Positions 39,817 to 50,617 of a stretch of 64,000 bases of DNA are shown here, piece by piece. Below the pieces are notes generated by a model. That model made no database searches, was not told where the DNA came from, and saw nothing but the letters and a program-made list of their open reading frames with translations. The stretch lies in the IMG/VR virus record IMGVR_UViG_3300009499_000053; one strand, written 5' to 3'. Both the position numbers and the translations under genes were made by a program. The stretch's first letter is position 1. Every line of letters begins with the position of its first letter. This DNA comes from a virus.

Positions 39817-40035
39817 TTGAAGAAAGAACTAATCAGTAGGAATTTTAGAATCGCTCTACCAGAAGAACATAAGTTCTGTAAGAAGTGCACTAATGCAATG
39901 ACTGTCAGAATGCATCTCTATGCATTTGCTAAGAAAGGGATATTCAAGAAACGCTACTTTGCTATTTTCAAATGTCTAGTCTGTGACTTCAAGGTAAAGA
40001 TCCCAATGGAGGGTCTTGTAACTGAGGAAATGTAG
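39817..40035 (+). CDS. Zn-ribbon protein
   Basis: Two CxxC pairs. Confidence 0.5.
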   Translation: MKKELISRNFRIALPEEHKFCKKCTNAMTVRMHLYAFAKKGIFKKRYFAIFKCLVCDFKVKIPMEGLVTEEM

Positions 40036-40107
40036 TATTATCTGGCTAGACGAACTTGTTGTCTTTGCACCAGATGAGGTAACAAGAGCAATACAAAATA
40101 TGTTAGA

Positions 40108-40431
40108 ATGGAGGTTAAGACTTTGGAAATGGAGAGTACGCAGTTTATTGTAACTCAGAAGAACTCCAAACAACTATGGAATAAACTCTTTGGTATAGAC
40201 TACACTGTAGAGTCTATGGACGATCTCCGTAGGAGTGCAGGTACTAAGTACACGGTTAGACACAAAGGCGATGACACCTGGGTATGTGACTGCAAGTCAT
40301 TCATATTCGATACAGGTACACAGAGTGTCACAATGAAGGATACTCGACAAAAGCATGAGAAGACATGCAAACACATCCGTTCTGTAATGAAGAAAGAGAA
40401 ACTACCATTCATGGCAACTGGATTCAGGTGA
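40108..40431 (+). CDS. SWIM Zn-finger protein with N-terminal LWNKLFG tag
   Basis: YTV....WVCDCKSF...CKHI. Confidence 0.7.
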   Translation: MEVKTLEMESTQFIVTQKNSKQLWNKLFGIDYTVESMDDLRRSAGTKYTVRHKGDDTWVCDCKSFIFDTGTQSVTMKDTRQKHEKTCKHIRSVMKKEKLPFMATGFR

Positions 40432-40506
40432 TATACATGATAGAGAAACAACTAACAAAGTTGAAGGAGACTTACAGCTTTGTTATATTCCTATTTGGAA
40501 TAGTAA

Positions 40507-40746
40507 GTGAGGACAATGTTAAAGGGACTAAACGGCTTAAAGCTAGACTTTCGTGAGAACCACTTCTGGCTAAAGGTCTGTCGTTCTCCAGATGACTCCT
40601 TCAAGTACGAAAATAGGAACCAGTATGAGTTCACTAGGAAAGAAATGATGAAGAGCTCATCCTTTAATCAGACCTTTACAGCACACTTTAATCATGATAA
40701 GATGATAATCTACATTTGGAGACTAGATAAGAGGTTACCAACATGA
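40507..40746 (+). CDS. Hypothetical protein
   Basis: 79 aa ORF coupled to the next ORF. Confidence 0.45.
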   Translation: MRTMLKGLNGLKLDFRENHFWLKVCRSPDDSFKYENRNQYEFTRKEMMKSSSFNQTFTAHFNHDKMIIYIWRLDKRLPT

Positions 40747-41021
40747 AAAGAAACGGTAGAGTAGCCCTAGTAGTAGATACCTCTGGATCAATGGGATTCG
40801 TGGATTACTTCTCACTAGGGATGAAACTCCAGTCAATTCAGGCGATTCACCTTGATAACTTCTGTAATACGAAAGAACTAGAGGCACTAGCAGAGAAGTA
40901 TGAGGAAGTTGTATTCGTAACAGATGGAGTTATTGAACCATCTTGGACAATCATACTAAATACTTACAGTAATATAAAAGTGGTCCGTGTTGGAAACTAT
41001 TTCTTCAAGGCCACATCATAG
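40743..41021 (+). CDS. Miniature VWA-like protein
   Basis: VALVVDTSGSM MIDAS and VVFVTDG in only 92 aa. Confidence 0.6.
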   Translation: MKRNGRVALVVDTSGSMGFVDYFSLGMKLQSIQAIHLDNFCNTKELEALAEKYEEVVFVTDGVIEPSWTIILNTYSNIKVVRVGNYFFKATS

Positions 41022-41081
41022 TCATTAGGAGTGACCGAGTAACCCACGTTACGGGTGTAATAAACTATAGGAGAAAATAGA

Positions 41082-42227
41082 ATGAAAACCAAAAACAACG
41101 TAATTGAGAAAATGAGTCAGGTTGCTATCAAGGTAACACACGCTCAGCTTGAGGATACAATAGTCAAATACTACAAAGCCAAACGTGCCATGTTTTGTTG
41201 GGGCACTATGGGGATAGGTAAATCCCACAAGGTACGCGATGCTGCAAGAAGACTAGCTAAGATACTCGGCAAGAAAGTAGATGAGGAAAACCTAATCCAT
41301 GGCTCACTGGAACATATCAATGACCCTGAGTACTTCATCGTTATTGATATCCGTCTCTCACAATGTGACCCTTCTGACCTGAGGGGAATACCAGTATGGG
41401 AGAAAGAGAAGTCCGCAACGCAATGGCTTCCACCCTCGACATTCCCTAGAAAGGGATTCGGAATCATCTTCTTCGACGAGCTAAACTTAGCACCAAACCT
41501 AGTTCAGGCTTCTGCTTACCAGTTCATTCTGGATAGGGGTCTAGGAACGTACATGGTACCAGAGGGTTACGCAGTTCTAGCTGCAGGTAACAGACTTGAG
41601 GACAGAGCTAATGTCTTTGAGATGGCTGCACCACTGAGTAACAGAATGGGACACGTACAGTTAGACCCACCTTCGGTAGAAGATTGGACATCTTGGGCAG
41701 CTAAACATGACATAGACGCACGAGTAGTAGGGTATCTGAACTTCATGCAAGGCTCACTATTCCAGTTCGACTCTCGTATGAAAGAGAAAGCCTTTGGCAC
41801 TCCTCGTACATGGGAGTTCGTCTCTGACCTAATCAAGGATATACCAACAGCTGACTATGCCAACCTAAAGCTATACGTAGGTAGCTTAGTAGGAGAGGGA
41901 GAGGCTAACCAGTTCGTAGGCTTCCTGAAACTTAGGGATCATCTGAGACCTATCAAAGAATACTTCGAGAAAGCTAAGACTGTAGTCCTACCAGAAAAGG
42001 TAGACCTTCAATGGGCTCTCGTCACCTCGGTGGTCGAGTACTTCAAAGTCCACAATACACAGGCGGTACTAAAACAGTACATTGCACTACTGAAAAGGTT
42101 CTCAGAGGAATATGCTGTCTTCACACTGAAAATGACATATGCCTTCGATCCAAGCATTCAGTCCAAGCTACAGAAAATACCAGATGCAACTCCACTCGCT
42201 CAGAAACTCTGGAAATTTATCATGTAG
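41082..42227 (+). CDS. MoxR-like AAA+ ATPase
   Basis: GTMGIGKS, DLRGIP, IIFFDELN, AAGNR, PLSNR and TPRTWE. Confidence 0.88.
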   Translation: MKTKNNVIEKMSQVAIKVTHAQLEDTIVKYYKAKRAMFCWGTMGIGKSHKVRDAARRLAKILGKKVDEENLIHGSLEHINDPEYFIVIDIRLSQCDPSDLRGIPVWEKEKSATQWLPPSTFPRKGFGIIFFDELNLAPNLVQASAYQFILDRGLGTYMVPEGYAVLAAGNRLEDRANVFEMAAPLSNRMGHVQLDPPSVEDWTSWAAKHDIDARVVGYLNFMQGSLFQFDSRMKEKAFGTPRTWEFVSDLIKDIPTADYANLKLYVGSLVGEGEANQFVGFLKLRDHLRPIKEYFEKAKTVVLPEKVDLQWALVTSVVEYFKVHNTQAVLKQYIALLKRFSEEYAVFTLKMTYAFDPSIQSKLQKIPDATPLAQKLWKFIM

Positions 42228-42297
42228 AGGAACCTTCCTCTCATGAGTGAACATTTAAGAGGTGATTAAGTTGACAATGAGAAGACGAGCAATAAAC

Positions 42298-43518
42298 ATG
42301 ACACCAAGGGAAAAGATAATCCAAGCTAGAATATCTCTACTTAGACTAATGCCCTTCTGGGGTACAATGGCAATGCATCTTAAACCGATTGGGCTGAATA
42401 AAGAGGAAGCTCAAAAGGCTATGGGAATGAAGGTTCCTACTATGGGAGTAGACGTCTATGGTAACATGCCCTACTGTGATGAGTGGGTAGCAGGTCTCAA
42501 TCAAGAAGACCTTATGATGGTAATAGCTCATGAAACTATGCACTTAGCCCTAATGCACTTGATACGAAAGGGTTCAAGACAGATTAGACTATGGAACGTA
42601 GCTACTGATGAGGCAATTAATAACCTACTGAAACATGAGATGCGTATCTGGAAAGGAGCACTATGCTCTGCTCAGTTCGATAACAAGGCAGCAGAGGAAA
42701 TCTATGATGAGCTTCTGAAGGATATAACTATTAACAATGTCTATGGAGGTAATTGTCCGAATTCATTTGATGCGCACTTCTACGATGAAACAAAAGACCC
42801 TAATGAGAAGGGAAGTCCACTTCAGTCTCCTGGACAAGAGAAGCTAGATCCATCACGTTTGATCAAGGATGCTGCTTCCTTTGCTAAGAGTCAAGGAAAG
42901 ATGCCTGCTGGTATGGCTAGGCTATTCAAGGAATTACTTGAACCTAAGATGAATTGGAAGGAACTTCTACAGAAGTATATCATGTCTGTCTTACCACAAG
43001 ACTGGACTTACACTCGACCATCCAAGAGAGCACAGGCAGCTGGGTTCTACATGCCTAGCATAGTCAAAGAAACTGTAGAAATCATAGTAGGAGTAGACTC
43101 TTCGGGGTCAATCTCTGACCATGAGTATCAACAGTTCTTATCAGAAATCTTTGGTATGACTAGAGCGGTAAGTAACCTTAAGGCTACCATATTAATCTGT
43201 GACGCAGCAATATCTCAAGTTGTGGAGATAGATAACTCATTCAATCCAGCTATGGATATTGAGGGAAGAGGTTACGGAGGTACTTCTTGTCTACCAGTAT
43301 TCGATTGGATACACAATGAGAGAAGGGAGAACGTAAGACTATTGGTATACCTGACAGACGGGTACATAGATGAACCAATTGCTATGACATACACAACTGG
43401 ATATCCTGTTCTATGGATAGTAACTCCAAGGGGTTCTGATACATTCCTGAACAAGAACATAGGTAATCAAACCATAATAAAAATGCTCGGAGCTGTGAAA
43501 GGGGAGGAGGACTACTAA
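42298..43518 (+). CDS. Metallopeptidase-like plus VWA protein (DUF2201 type)
   Basis: HETMHLALMH..R, WNVATDEAIN, VDSSGSI, GYGGTS, YLTDGY; usual partner of the upstream ATPase. Confidence 0.85.
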   Translation: MTPREKIIQARISLLRLMPFWGTMAMHLKPIGLNKEEAQKAMGMKVPTMGVDVYGNMPYCDEWVAGLNQEDLMMVIAHETMHLALMHLIRKGSRQIRLWNVATDEAINNLLKHEMRIWKGALCSAQFDNKAAEEIYDELLKDITINNVYGGNCPNSFDAHFYDETKDPNEKGSPLQSPGQEKLDPSRLIKDAASFAKSQGKMPAGMARLFKELLEPKMNWKELLQKYIMSVLPQDWTYTRPSKRAQAAGFYMPSIVKETVEIIVGVDSSGSISDHEYQQFLSEIFGMTRAVSNLKATILICDAAISQVVEIDNSFNPAMDIEGRGYGGTSCLPVFDWIHNERRENVRLLVYLTDGYIDEPIAMTYTTGYPVLWIVTPRGSDTFLNKNIGNQTIIKMLGAVKGEEDY

Positions 43519-43886
43519 TGACAGTAGTCTTCAAAGTCCCCGTAAAGCCTAAACCAAAGACAACGCGGAAGAGGAGAAAGAGGAAGACCAAGGAAAAACC
43601 ACCAAAACCTATGATAGGTGCAGTAATGGATCCAACACAGGACTTCTTCCAGAGAGAAAGAGTAATGAAACGTGTTACTCTTTGGAAGTGGAGAATGGCG
43701 AAGTTCATTCGAGATATGAATAAGGAACAATGTGGTAGCTGTCAAATGAATAGTAGATGTAACAGAGTACCACTTGACTCAAAGACTACAAGGAGAATCA
43801 TATCTGGGAAAAAGTGTGAAGACCATCGATCGGTATGGAAGAAGATTATTGGGAACGAGGAAGACAAACATGACTGGGGATTCTAA
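43518..43886 (+). CDS. Cys-rich protein, paralog of 45191..45451, C-terminal VWKKII tag
   Basis: WR...CxxC....C...C....W.KI. Confidence 0.55.
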   Translation: MTVVFKVPVKPKPKTTRKRRKRKTKEKPPKPMIGAVMDPTQDFFQRERVMKRVTLWKWRMAKFIRDMNKEQCGSCQMNSRCNRVPLDSKTTRRIISGKKCEDHRSVWKKIIGNEEDKHDWGF

Positions 43887-44070
43887 ACAAAGACAAGTTA
43901 TCTATGTAATAGACAAAAGAGATGTTTGTTGCCCTAACTGCTACGAAGAAATCACTGTATCAGAGATAGACAATGCACAACAACTACCAAGGTTTGGTAA
44001 CCTAGAAAGGTCAGAAATGACATGTTCTAGTTGTCAGACTATAATTGAACTTAGAGAACCTAGGGTGTAA
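43870..44070 (+). CDS. Zn-ribbon protein, paralog of 37461..37634
   Basis: IYVIDKRDVCCPNCYEEIT..GNLERSEMTCSSC. Confidence 0.65.
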   Translation: MTGDSKQRQVIYVIDKRDVCCPNCYEEITVSEIDNAQQLPRFGNLERSEMTCSSCQTIIELREPRV

Positions 44071-44252
44071 ACTTGACTTTACTAAAGAACACTCCACTAT
44101 TCAGACGACTAGACAATTGGAGATATCGGATTATTCTATGGTCAGCTGGCATGGCAGACAAGACTAATGATTGGGATTCCTACTTCGATACATGTGACTC
44201 ACTTAAGAAACTGAATGAGAAACTACATGGAGCTGATTAGGAGGAATAACCA

Positions 44253-44993
44253 GTGGAAAAAGCAACTAAAGGCTTGAAAAAGAGAGCAGAGAACCTCTGT
44301 AAATGGCTAGAGGACATGGAAGATGATATTGATTGGATTCATGCAGCAGACCTATATACGTGGTTAATGTGGAACGAACATGAACTTCCAGAGGATGAAA
44401 TTCAAAGACTACAACTTGTAAAGGAAAGATGTGAAACTTGTGGAAATAGGTTCTGGGTGACGAGAGGTATGAGATCAAATGTTAATGCTTGCCCGTTTTG
44501 CAACCGACAAACTTAGGAGAAAGTAGAATGAAATTCCAGATAGACATCACCATTAGGAAGATAGTCAAAGAAGGTGGACTAAAGATAATCCACTGTGATA
44601 AACCTAGAGCACTTGGTGAGATCATCAGGCATAACTACAACATTCCTTCTGTTGCCATTCGTGTTTGGGGACATGGGGTAACTCTATTTGATACTGACTT
44701 CCAACAAATCAAACATCTGTTCAAGGGGTTCAAGATTGAGAACCCAAAGTTAAAGTCTAAAAGACCAAGGAGATAAAGTAATGCCTACAGATTTAGACAG
44801 TCTAGATATAGATAAGATACCAGTGGAGTCACTAGGTGTAGCCTTACCTTGGCTTTCTAACTACTACAACTGTCCTAAGTGTAAGGGTTCTGTTGAACAA
44901 GGACTCTTCGGTAAGAAAGATAGTAAGGGAGTAGCTTGGTCAATAAGTGAGTGTGAGGACTGTGGCTACATCTACAAAGTCAAAGCTTTCTAA
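44253..44993 (+). other. Three small ORFs (44253-44516 Zn ribbon, 44489-44776, 44781-44993 Zn ribbon)
   Basis: CxxC pairs, RBS, tight packing. Confidence 0.55.
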
Positions 44994-46360
44994 GAATCAG
45001 GCTAAGGGTCTCTGGAATTCCCTATTCTGTCAGTACTATGGAGTCATAAGACCACATGAATTTAGTATAGAGAAATGTGACACATGTGAACAAGTGAAAC
45101 CCTGTAGACGGAAATACCTACGATTGCTCAAGAAGGCAGCTGAGAGATATGGAGCTCTAGGCAATATACCAATGGAAGTGTTAGAAGGACATGTCAAGCT
45201 CATCGGGAAGCTTATCACCAAAACAAATACGGATTCTACTCACTAGAGAGACAGAGTATATCCAGATAGCAGTAAGAAGACTAGCATGGAGACAAGCATA
45301 CTTCAGAAGTCATCGACCAGTTTACTGTTCTATCTGTACTCGTCTAGATTACTGTAGGAGACTAGATGTTAACGGAATAACACAGAATATAGTCCTTCAA
45401 GGAGGGACATGCCCTGATGTATGGACAATCTGGAATAAGATTTTCAACTAGGGAAGCACTTAATACGCCCTTCATCTGTCTTAATGAGAAACTTAGACCT
45501 CAATCAGCATGGAAGGTTCGTATCCTCTTAGATGGATTCTGTGGACTTCTGTCTTACAAACATAAGAAGCCAACAAAGTGTATGTACTGTGAAGTAGATA
45601 ATCCATACAAGTGTATGTTCCGTGACTCAGCACAGAAAATACTCTTTGAGAAGTTGTTTACCAATGGATATAAGAATAGAAGTGTTTAGTAAGGTCTTCA
45701 GACCAGCATGTTATGGTGATAGCGTTCATTGTCCTGTTCTATTCACAGATGAAATGTATAACTGTAAGCACTTTGATGAGTGTGAACAGAAGACAATAGA
45801 GAACTTCAACAAGAGTATCAAGAAGGATGTTAATCAGATTATGAGAGATTTAGGAATGGAAAGAAATGAAACTAGTTAGACTAACGTCAAGTGGAGTTGG
45901 AGCAAGGATTAATGGCTTTGATGTAGGGATTAAATTCTACCCATACTCATGGACTCTAACCCATTGTATTGAAGTGAGTAAGAGAAACTTTATACCCATT
46001 CAAGTCTATGCGAATCTTGGAGCCACCAATGAAATTATAGAAAGGCTGAATGCTGGTGGAAAGGAAACTCAGAAGATGTGGTTAGTTCTCCGTTTCATAA
46101 ATAACCTAAGCTATAGGGTGAAGAACTATAGATTGATGGATTATCTTCTCAGGGACGACTTTAATAAACTCCTGAAGAGTATCTTCTACTCCCTATGTAT
46201 CAGAAAGTATAAAAAGGTACGTCGTGTGGAAATCATACGTATAGTGAAGAGCTTCATTCGTCTAGGTAAAGTTAAGTCCAGTAATAAATGGGCTCAGAAG
46301 ATAATAAACATAGAGAAGTCCATCTTCTGGAAGAAGGTGTTTGGAACTGCTAATGAATGA
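44947..46360 (+). other. Five small tag-bearing ORFs (44947-45246, 45191-45451, 45417-45689, 45664-45879, 45866-46360)
   Basis: LWNSLF (N), IWNKIF (C), LFEKLF (C), VFSKVF (N), FWKKVF (C). Confidence 0.6.
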
Positions 46361-46727
46361 TAAGGAAGTCTGGTGTCAAGTTAAAAGTTCTACTAACAAA
46401 CGAGAAAACTTCAGAGAGTGTCATAAGTGCTGCATATTCTGTGGGGATATCAAGACCTGCGAAGTAAACACATGTGAGAAAAAGGATGAAGATGAACTCT
46501 GTTGCTGGCAGGCAAGTCCGTCCGAATGGATGATGGGTCGATTGGATAAGAGAGCAGAGGAATTTACTTGGAAACGTAGACAGAGGGAACACTTCATGAG
46601 GAATGGTCACACACCATACGATGGTTCTTGGGAAGGGGAACGCCTTGCTGAATGGCAGAGGAACTATCCTGAAGATTATGAAGAGATGTTTGTGGAGTTC
46701 CATAGCTATGAAGAGAGTAGAAAGTAA
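46353..46727 (+). CDS. Cys-rich protein (CCxxC family)
   Basis: CHKCCIFCGDIKTC. Confidence 0.55.
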   Translation: MNDKEVWCQVKSSTNKRENFRECHKCCIFCGDIKTCEVNTCEKKDEDELCCWQASPSEWMMGRLDKRAEEFTWKRRQREHFMRNGHTPYDGSWEGERLAEWQRNYPEDYEEMFVEFHSYEESRK

Positions 46728-48054
46728 GAACGAACAGTTCTGGAGAAAACTATTCTACACACCACCTACAACATGGGCAGGATTAAAGGAACATTGTTCA
46801 AGAAACTGTGTGATGGAACGTCCTGATATTAAAGAAGACCTCTGCCAGAGATGTAGTGCTATGGAGGGCTGGTTAGGAAGAGACCATTCACTCTTTAGGG
46901 TGATTGAAGGGATTTCTGAAATTAAAGAGAAGTTGAAGGAATATGCAACAAGAAAAAGCAAATAGACTTTGGAGGAAACTCTTCGGGTGGAGAGTAGGGG
47001 ACAGAGTCCAAGTGCACGGTAAGACAAAGATTATGTATGGAATGATAGAGAAGTTTATTACCGTTGCTGAGATTAATGGAAACGATAGAAGGGTGGACAT
47101 TCCATCTGCCATAGTCTGCTATGATGGGAAGATACGGAGGACACAAGTTATTTCAATTGATGTGTTGGAGATAGAGGGTGAAAATACTCCTCCCAAGGTA
47201 GACTTTGAGAAGGTCTTTTCACCATATGCATTCATATCACTCGAAGATAATGTTATCATTAGGGCAAGTAAAGCAAATCGTTACCTTAGGAGGAAAGCTC
47301 TTGAAAAGAGTTGAGCCCCTGAAGGAATTCTGGAGAAGACTCTTCATTGGACTGGATGTTGAGCAGAGGGAACTAGTTAAGCTAGCACCAATACTCCTTG
47401 AGGCTTCTAAGGAAGACGCAGATCTAGTAGGAGCTTTGGTATGGAGTCACTTCACCAACAATACCGAATGGAAAGGAACATTCAGACATACAGGTGCGGT
47501 GTTAGCTGATATCTTCAACAAACGTTTTGGTGGGAAGACATTCACTTACATGGACTTCTACTGCGCCAACTTAAGATTCATCACTCACACCAAAAAGAAA
47601 ATGGTAAGCTCTTATAAGGATAAACTAAAGGAGATGCAGAGGAAGTATAATACCAAAGTCTGCGTCAACTGCACATGAGTCGGAGGTGTATGTTTGAAGA
47701 GCACTGAGGAAAGGATTGAGGAAATCAAGAAAATAGCTAAGAAATTAGGTATCAAGAAGATAGACATGGTCGACCCAGAGACGCAAGAAGTAGAGGTGGA
47801 GATTGATGTCGAGGAAGACTAACAAGGTCTGGAGTGAACTCTTCAGTCCGCCTTGTCCCAATTGTGGGTCTACTAAGACTAAAGAGGAACTTTTGGACAT
47901 TCCCGCAATAGGTAGTGCGAGTGAGATACTAGAACGATTGAAAAGACAAATGGAAGGAAAACATAATTCTGTAATCAGAACTTGGAAATGCTTTGACTGT
48001 GAAACAGTTTATGATGAGAAAGGGAGATACATAACCCATGAAGGTAGAGTATAG
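46708..48054 (+). other. Tag-bearing ORFs 46708-46965, 46943-47314 (KOW/SH3-like), 47301-47678, 47803-48054 (Zn ribbon)
   Basis: FWRKLF, LWRKLFGWRVGDRVQV, FWRRLF, VWSELF near each N-terminus. Confidence 0.65.
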
Positions 48055-48370
48055 AATAGAGAAACTTAGTCTAAACAATGAAAACTATGTCCTCTGGAAA
48101 AGACTGAAGGGGATAGATAGTTGGGTATTTAAGGAAAGGGTGGGGACTACATTCGAAGAAGTCATTGGATATGTTAGGAGGAATAAGAATGGAATGTTCA
48201 AGATGTAAGATGATTACAAATGGACAAGCCCACTTAATGCTCTTTGGGAAGTATCGTAATCTTCCTCTCTGTGAGAGTTGTTACTTACACCAGTGTTACA
48301 GTAAACTTCACAACCTAAGATGTAGTGTTGATAGATTCTTCACTAGAATATTGTTCTACATGGGATTGTA

Positions 48371-48760
48371 ATGCCTGTTATATACAAACGTAAGTTCCAA
48401 GTTCCTGGAGATACCATCAAGAATTGCTGGAACTTCAGGAAGAAGTGTGACAGAAAGTATGGTTATGTCCCAAATAAGAAACCGTGTATGGTTGAACAAC
48501 CCCCTCCACGTAGGACTTACTTACCAAGAATGCGACGGGAGGAGTCTAGGTGTCCATTCCCCATTAACCAACCCAGTAAGTATATTGTGTCGGAGATGGA
48601 TGATGGCACATGGAGATGCTCCTGTCCCGTATGGAAGTTCCGTAGACAACAGTGTCACCATATAGGTAAGGCACAGAGAAATCCGGAGGAGTATGAGATT
48701 GCAAAGGAACACACGCAGAGGACAACAGAAACCCTCAGGAAAATCTTCGAAGGAGCTTAG
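48371..48760 (+). CDS. SWIM Zn-finger protein
   Basis: YIVSEMDDGTWRCSCPVWKFRRQQCHHI. Confidence 0.75.
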   Translation: MPVIYKRKFQVPGDTIKNCWNFRKKCDRKYGYVPNKKPCMVEQPPPRRTYLPRMRREESRCPFPINQPSKYIVSEMDDGTWRCSCPVWKFRRQQCHHIGKAQRNPEEYEIAKEHTQRTTETLRKIFEGA

Positions 48761-50132
48761 ACTCTTCTGGGATAAGCTCTTTGGATTCAAGATAGGGGAT
48801 GTAGTGCGTGTCAAGTATGGCAAGGTTAGTTGGGAGATATGGAATCTCTTCATGTATAATAAGAGACTCTACCTCAAAGTAAGACGTTTCAGGAGAGATA
48901 GAAATGGTCGTTTGCAAGATACTGTCCACTCATACTTCTACGCAAGTGAAGTTATCAAAGTCCAAGCAAAAGAAGACGTGGACACTCCTTTTCCCTCCAA
49001 CGTGTTTCGGTGATAGGTTTAAAGTAGCTCGGTGTATTATCAAACGTATCAAGGAAGAAACACCAAAAGGTAAGATACCAGAATGTCCTATACATGATGA
49101 GTGTATTTCAGAGAGCATACGTAGAGAGGTAGTAGAGATTGACAGAGAGAGTAAAACTCACAAAGTATAAAGCGAAGAAGTTATGGAAGAAACTCTTTCG
49201 TCCCAAGTGTTTCGGTGAGAGAGATACCCTCCTTTCATGTATGAAGATATACTACATGCACTCTACAGTAGAGGAAAGAGCACTTCCATGTAACTATTTT
49301 GATGACTGTATTGATGAAGCCCTAAAAGAGCAGAGGCAGAAAAGGAATGAAGAGAAATCTTAGGAAACTTTGGAGTATACTGCTACCACCATACTGCTTT
49401 GGAAACCCATACCACATGCAATGCTCAGCAAGATACTCCCCAGAGTTCTGTTCTGTATGTTGGGAATGCACAAAGGAGTGCAGAAGGAAGGAGAAACTTT
49501 AATTGAAGAAGTTAGCAAAGAAAGCCCTGTTTAGGGAACTCTTCAAACCCTGTGTAGTAAAGGAAACCCTTACCAAACGTAGAATTGGACTTTGTGCTGG
49601 GGTTTACTCACAAAAGGATAGATGTAAACAAGGTTGTAAGTTCTGCCCCAATTTCATTCCTAACGCAGAAGGTTGGAGTAAGAGTGAATACCCAAAGTGT
49701 TAAACTTACCCAGCAAGAAAGTAGTCAGCTATTCAGAAGACTCTTCAAACCCTGCGGGGTAAAGGACTACATAACCCAATACTTAGAGGGACAACCACCT
49801 ATCTGTTCAGGTTTTGAAACACCGAGAGGAAGAAACAGAGAAGGTTGTAGGTTCTGCAGCCTATTCGTTCCAAACATAGAGAACTGGGATAAGGAGGATT
49901 ATCCAGAGTGTTAGATGAGAAGGTAACCCTAAACAAACATGAAGTAGATAGAGTCTTCAGACATGTCTTCTCCTGCCCAAGAGTTACTAGGGTAATTAAA
50001 AGATACGCATCATGTTGTATCATGTATCCCCTCTGTAAAAAGGGCTGTTGTGATAAATGTGATAACCAGAAGTGTAGAAGACGATGTATCAGAAACATAG
50101 TAGACTTTAAGAATGGTGAGTCAAGAATATGA
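48693..50132 (+). other. Tag-bearing ORFs 48693-49013 (KOW-like), 48946-49170, 49139-49363, 49347-49502, 49503-49703, 49684-49914, 49908-50132 (Cys-rich)
   Basis: FWDKLF, TWTLLF, LWKKLF, LWSILL, LFRELF, LFRRLF, VFRHVF. Confidence 0.65.
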
Positions 50133-50617
50133 AGTTAGTAGTCACTCCAAACAAAGAGGTAATAGACAGGGCTCTACAGCAGGGCTTTGATAGTAGACAT
50201 ATTAAAGACAAGTGTTACTATGGTAAAGACAGAACAATAGCACTAATGGAAAGCAGGTTGTTTGAGCCTGTCCAATATCTCGGAACAGCAACCATACTAA
50301 GACACAAACTTAAATCTTACATGAGGTACACCCTTACCTATAGTGGACCTAGCTTTGCAGGAGACCTTATCAAGTTAGCCCTTATGGTTCTGAAGCAGAG
50401 GAGAGTAAGAATCTTCATACATCAGAAGGACAGTGATAAACAATTCAAAGTCCTAATGTTGGGAACTAAGGAGGGGACAGTAGCTATTGCACCAAGGGTG
50501 TGGGAAGGAGATGACCACCCTGCTAGTATCCTTGATGACATCACATTTCTTCTCTCTGACTATTGGAGATATCCCACCAGTAAACTTGTAAGGGGAGTAT
50601 TGTTTGGAATCCTTTAG
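50129..50617 (+). CDS. Hypothetical protein
   Basis: 162 aa; ends ..VAIAPR..; ATGA coupling. Confidence 0.6.
   Translation: MKLVVTPNKEVIDRALQQGFDSRHIKDKCYYGKDRTIALMESRLFEPVQYLGTATILRHKLKSYMRYTLTYSGPSFAGDLIKLALMVLKQRRVRIFIHQKDSDKQFKVLMLGTKEGTVAIAPRVWEGDDHPASILDDITFLLSDYWRYPTSKLVRGVLFGIL

Noticed and set aside
9575-49505. Stop-codon readthrough or recoding at in-frame stop-start junctions (9580 TAA-GTG, 25642 TAG-GTG, 39814 and 49500 TAA-TTG)
   Set aside because: Long conserved genes are uninterrupted under the standard code and each downstream ORF has its own start; translational coupling is sufficient
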